From assembly GCF_052425735.1 (NCBI RefSeq), contig NC_135759.1, forward strand, positions 29,760,001-29,824,000: a DNA stretch of 64,000 nucleotides, read 5' to 3'. A program made the translations under genes and the position numbers. Below the pieces are notes generated by a model. That model made no database searches. It saw only the letters and a list, made by a program, of their open reading frames with translations, and was not told where the DNA came from. Of the stretch, positions 61,999 through 64,000 are shown piece after piece (positions within the stretch are counted from its first letter, which is position 1; every line of letters starts with the position of its first letter). This stretch comes from Oculina patagonica. Its lineage: Eukaryota.

Positions 61999-64000
61999 AT
62001 GAGGTTTGTGCTTTGCAATCCTTTGTTTAGGAACCTGTTTCTTCGCCATCCGTAGACAAATCATAATAAAATTAAATAATCAGATGATAATGCTTACGAA
62101 ATATGAAACATGTAGTCCCTGCTCCCTCTTATAACTTAAATAAATCACAATTTTTGTCACACGATTCGCGTTCAATAAGTCCAACCTTCTAGCACGAGAA
62201 TCAAGTATGCTTTCGAGCTGGCTGGGAGTGTTTATGATCCAAAGAGTGGATGATCCTCTTCTGTTGTTCCTTTTATGCTTTCTCTCATTACTGTATGGCC
62301 TGAACTATAAATTTCAAGCTTACATATATATACAGTATATAGTCATAGCTATACATGAACATATTCATAAATCTTATTAACCAAGGGGCTGAAAAAATAA
62401 GCCATTACAATTTCAATTAAATCATTCACGAAGTTGCATTCATTTCTGCGTACTGTTCCAGTAGATAAGTAGAGGATATCTAAATTATTTGAGTTCACCA
62501 AACTGCAGGCAGTTGAAGTTAACATGTAATGTTGATCCCATGCTACAAGGGGGCGTGTTTAAAACACGAAATGGCGAAATGGCGAAATAACGAAATGATA
62601 CTGAAGATAAAAGCCAAAGTTATACGATATTACCGTTCTACTGGAATTTTCATATGTTGCCGAATTTATCCTTGTAGATAAGTCCCGAAAAATAAAAGAA
62701 ACTGCAATAACAAATTCTCTGTCACGAAGACCCGTCACGAACATATGGGTAATTTGGATTCCAGTCTCTCCCTGTTAACAGGGCGCTGTTTGATATGCCT
62801 AGGACATTCTTGATCGAGATGTCGGCGTTTCGTTTAGACATCGGAAGAAAATGATTTGTTTATCTCGTATTTGCCACCGAGTCTCGGCTAAGAAGTAGTG
62901 CTTTGAGCTCCAACATTCACAAGAAATGGATTAACAAAACCGAACCTACTTCGCGATAAAGTTTATACACGATATCAGTGGCAAACGTTCTTTGTACAGA
63001 AACGGAGCAACGTTTGATGTCTATATCAGTCCTTCGGTACAATGTGAGCTCTGTAGTGCAGTGCAGATACTGATAGGCAACTTGGCAAGTACTAAATGAA
63101 AAAAATATCCTGGTTTGCTGCGACCTTTCAGCAATACGTTCAATTTGGCGTTGTGATAAGTGACAAGTATTCATTATATTCCTGGGCAAGAAGATTGAAA
63201 TGTTCCCTTGAAATAATTCAGTCTAGACATGTAAACAGAACTGCCTTGAAGTTCAAAGGGAAACCAAAGTATATTATTTACGTGTATTTATCTTATCATT
63301 TTGCAAATTTCGTCATTTCGCCGTTTCGCCATTTCGCCATTTCGTATTTTAAACACGCCCGCTACAAGGTATGTAATGTGACATTATGTGAACTAGTAAA
63401 ATAGCACGGGCCCCAAAGCTATACCTTAATCAGTGGCAATTTGGCTATGTAGCCGCGTAGCCACGGAGCATGAATAGTACCTCGTTCTTAAATCCATGAG
63501 CTGCAAAGCCATGTAGCCACTATTTCTGAGGTATTTCTTTTGTTATGTTTCCCCGGTGGGGGGGGGGGGGGTTTTTCCGGCCCCCCCCGAAGTGGCAGGG
63601 TATTCTGCAGTTACTCCAGCACATGAAAATGAATTTGTTCGAAATGAGTGTTTGTACTCTGATCATAAGTATCTTTTCTTATTTATTTTCTGCTTCCTCC
63701 TCAGTAAGCTCCACCGTGATACACTTTTTGAGTGCTGTGGTGCTGTCCTGCAAGGAGCTAAGGACAAGAAAAGAAAGTTTGTGGAAACCATCGAGCTCCA
63801 AATCAGCTTAAAGAACTATGATCCTCAGAAGGACAAACGTTTTAGTGGAACTGTGAAGCTGAAGAACATTCCACGACCTAAGCTCAAGGTCTGTATTCTT
63901 GGTGATGCCTCACACTGTGACGAGGCCAAGGCAAATGACATTCCTTGTATGGACGTTGAAGCTTTGAAAAAGCTCAACAAGAACAAAAAACTTGTGAAAA
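61999..64000 (+). CDS. RPL10A: 60S ribosomal protein L10a (uL1), 5' part; exons 61999-62003 and 63705 to window end
   Basis: ATGAG|GT...AG|TAAG gives [11 protein letters not shown]...[47 protein letters not shown]...HCDEAKA...[12 protein letters not shown]. Confidence 0.95.
62551..63360. mobile_element. Mutator-like non-autonomous element in RPL10A intron 1
   Basis: TIR GGGCGTGTTTAAAA(C/T)ACGAAATGGCGAAATGGCGAAA; 9-bp TSD GCTACAAGG (62542-62550, 63361-63369). Confidence 0.85.

Noticed and set aside
62246-62306. Possible C/D box snoRNA in the RPL10A intron (GGATGA...CTGA with a short terminal stem)
   Set aside because: C box is non-canonical and I could not match a guide to rRNA or snRNA; needs snoscan or Infernal.

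Overview
Eukaryotic, AT-rich, intron- and MITE-dense DNA that looks like a cnidarian (probably stony coral) genome; the taxon is inferred from repeat types and gene style, not proven. I assembled all gene models by hand from GT-AG junctions and frame continuity, because the ORF track misses most exons. Contents in order: (1) possible 5' exons of an unidentified minus-strand gene; (2) a 22-exon TRPC-like cation channel gene (3563-25289) with no ankyrin repeats, a von Willebrand A (vWA) domain inserted in the pre-S1 region and two tandem C-terminal SPRY domains, carrying one frameshift and an early TGA; (3) weak minus-strand exons at 26-30 kb; (4) a tandem cluster of small GH23/lysozyme-fold genes (33102-43604): one signal-less copy, one neutral secreted copy, one pseudogene and one very cationic secreted copy, with IRF-type motifs kept at copies A and B and broken at copy D; (5) PRELID2 (minus) head-to-head with an FKBPL-like TPR gene (plus); (6) the 5' part of RPL10A. 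Many non-autonomous DNA transposons with readable TIRs and TSDs, SINEs and nested insertions fill the introns. The best candidates for an undescribed system are the lysozyme-like cluster (a putative antibacterial effector set) and the vWA-TRP-SPRY2 channel.
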